NCBI GenBank assembly: GCA_964600435.1
Contig: CAZRJB010000007.1
Coordinates: 278-64,277 of the forward strand
Source: an uncultured Lachnospiraceae bacterium
Lineage (GTDB): Bacteria > Bacillota > Clostridia > Christensenellales > UBA1242
Reading direction: 5' to 3'
DNA length: 64,000 nucleotides
Each line of letters opens with the position of its first letter. Positions within the stretch are counted from its first letter, which is position 1. The position numbers were made by a program, and so were the translations under genes. The notes under the pieces were generated by a model. It saw only the letters and a program-made list of their open reading frames with translations. It was not told the origin of the DNA and ran no database searches. Below, in pieces: positions 62,963-64,000 of the stretch.

Positions 62963-64000
62963 TTATTGCCAAATTACTACATCTCCTTTAACATAGTGCC
63001 AATAATTATATCCATCTTTTGTTGGTTGTGTTTCAGAATAATAGTAACACACTTCCGTGACGTTTTTAATGCTTTCTGTGCTATTATATCCGTTCGCAAG
63101 CCAAACATTATAACCCATTTGTTCAACTTCACCTTTGGTGAATTCGTAAAACACTTGAATTCGTTTGTTATTATTATTTTCAAGCACATTGTAAAAAATT
63201 GGAAATCTATCAGTTAAATCTTTACTTAAAATATATTTAGTATATGGACATGTGTCACCAGGAAATATTCCGTAAAAACCTGTTATTTTTAAAGTTCTAG
63301 GGACATCTCCATCTCTACAAAGCTTAATGTCTTCACCTATTTTTAAATAATTATTATTATTTATTGCAGATACCTTATCTATATGCATCAACCTTAATGT
63401 GTTTGTAGTATAATTGGCTTCATATATGCAAATAACACCACCTATTTGTTGAGAAATAAAATTTCCCAAATATGTTATATCATAACCACAAAGCGTATCT
63501 TTATTTGGGAATACAATAGGGTAATTAATTCTTCCCGTATATGTTTTAGGTACATAATAAACCATATGCTCTCTTGAAGAGTTATTGTCTATGTCATTAA
63601 CCACATAAAATTTACCACCATTAAAAACAATTTCTGGTAAAGTTATTACGCCTACTCCGTTACTGATATTATTTGCAGTTGCATTTTTAAAAGATGCGGT
63701 TAGATTATATTCGTCGAAAGTGTACTCAAAATTTATTCCATGGGCAGATGTTAATTTATATAAATCTTCTTTCCATTTAGCATATAAAGTAATATCATTC
63801 TTAACAGTTGAATTAATTTCATCTACACGCACACCAGAAGAAGTATACCAACCCTCTAAATAACTATTTAACACTGTATCTTGAAATTCATAAAGTATAA
63901 ACCCTCTTCCCAATTCAATTTGCCTAGTATAAACAATGCTTATATTTTCTGGTTCAACAATATTACTTTGTTCCTCAAAACCAGCAACTTTAAATGATAA
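62963..64000 (-). CDS. 3' part of a surface-type protein (InlB B-type repeat; C-terminal YYYSETQP...NYWHYV motif); 5' end lies outside the window
   Basis: Frame is open from 64000 (LSFKVAGFEE...) to the stop at 62963; EGWY...DITLYAKW repeat. Confidence 0.75.
   Translation of the reverse strand, partial: LSFKVAGFEEQSNIVEPENISIVYTRQIELGRGFILYEFQDTVLNSYLEGWYTSSGVRVDEINSTVKNDITLYAKWKEDLYKLTSAHGINFEYTFDEYNLTASFKNATANNISNGVGVITLPEIVFNGGKFYVVNDIDNNSSREHMVYYVPKTYTGRINYPIVFPNKDTLCGYDITYLGNFISQQIGGVICIYEANYTTNTLRLMHIDKVSAINNNNYLKIGEDIKLCRDGDVPRTLKITGFYGIFPGDTCPYTKYILSKDLTDRFPIFYNVLENNNNKRIQVFYEFTKGEVEQMGYNVWLANGYNSTESIKNVTEVCYYYSETQPTKDGYNYWHYVKGDVVIWQ

Overview
AT-rich chromosomal window from a spore-forming, low-GC Clostridia-like Firmicute (spmAB, gerABC, sigH, veg), with most genes on the minus strand. 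Housekeeping blocks are dnaX-ebfC-recR, dnaD-dnaC/I-HD, mnmG-rsmG, mrnC-rlmB-sigH, gpmI, tlyA and tRNA-Glu. They flank a ~30 kb surface-protein region (9.4-39 kb) containing a coiled-coil fibre-like protein, a small TasA-like secreted protein behind a long structured leader, a 6222-aa membrane-anchored adhesin-like protein, and two paralogous stalked surface proteins. Main observations: (1) dnaX is split at an A10 / A-AAA-AAC site, so the short gamma form is the default product and full-length tau needs a shift to the -1 frame. (2) Seven genes appear leaderless, with sigmaA or sigmaE/K -10 elements at a fixed distance from the ATG and no Shine-Dalgarno (SD). (3) A DnaA-box cluster lies between rsmG and mrnC with no dnaA in the window and no switch in gene strand. 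(4) There is a candidate sortase-independent filament plus giant adhesin system. (5) Several multi-hairpin intergenic elements are present. No CRISPR array, IS element or prophage was seen. All family assignments come from motif recognition by eye; no searches were run.
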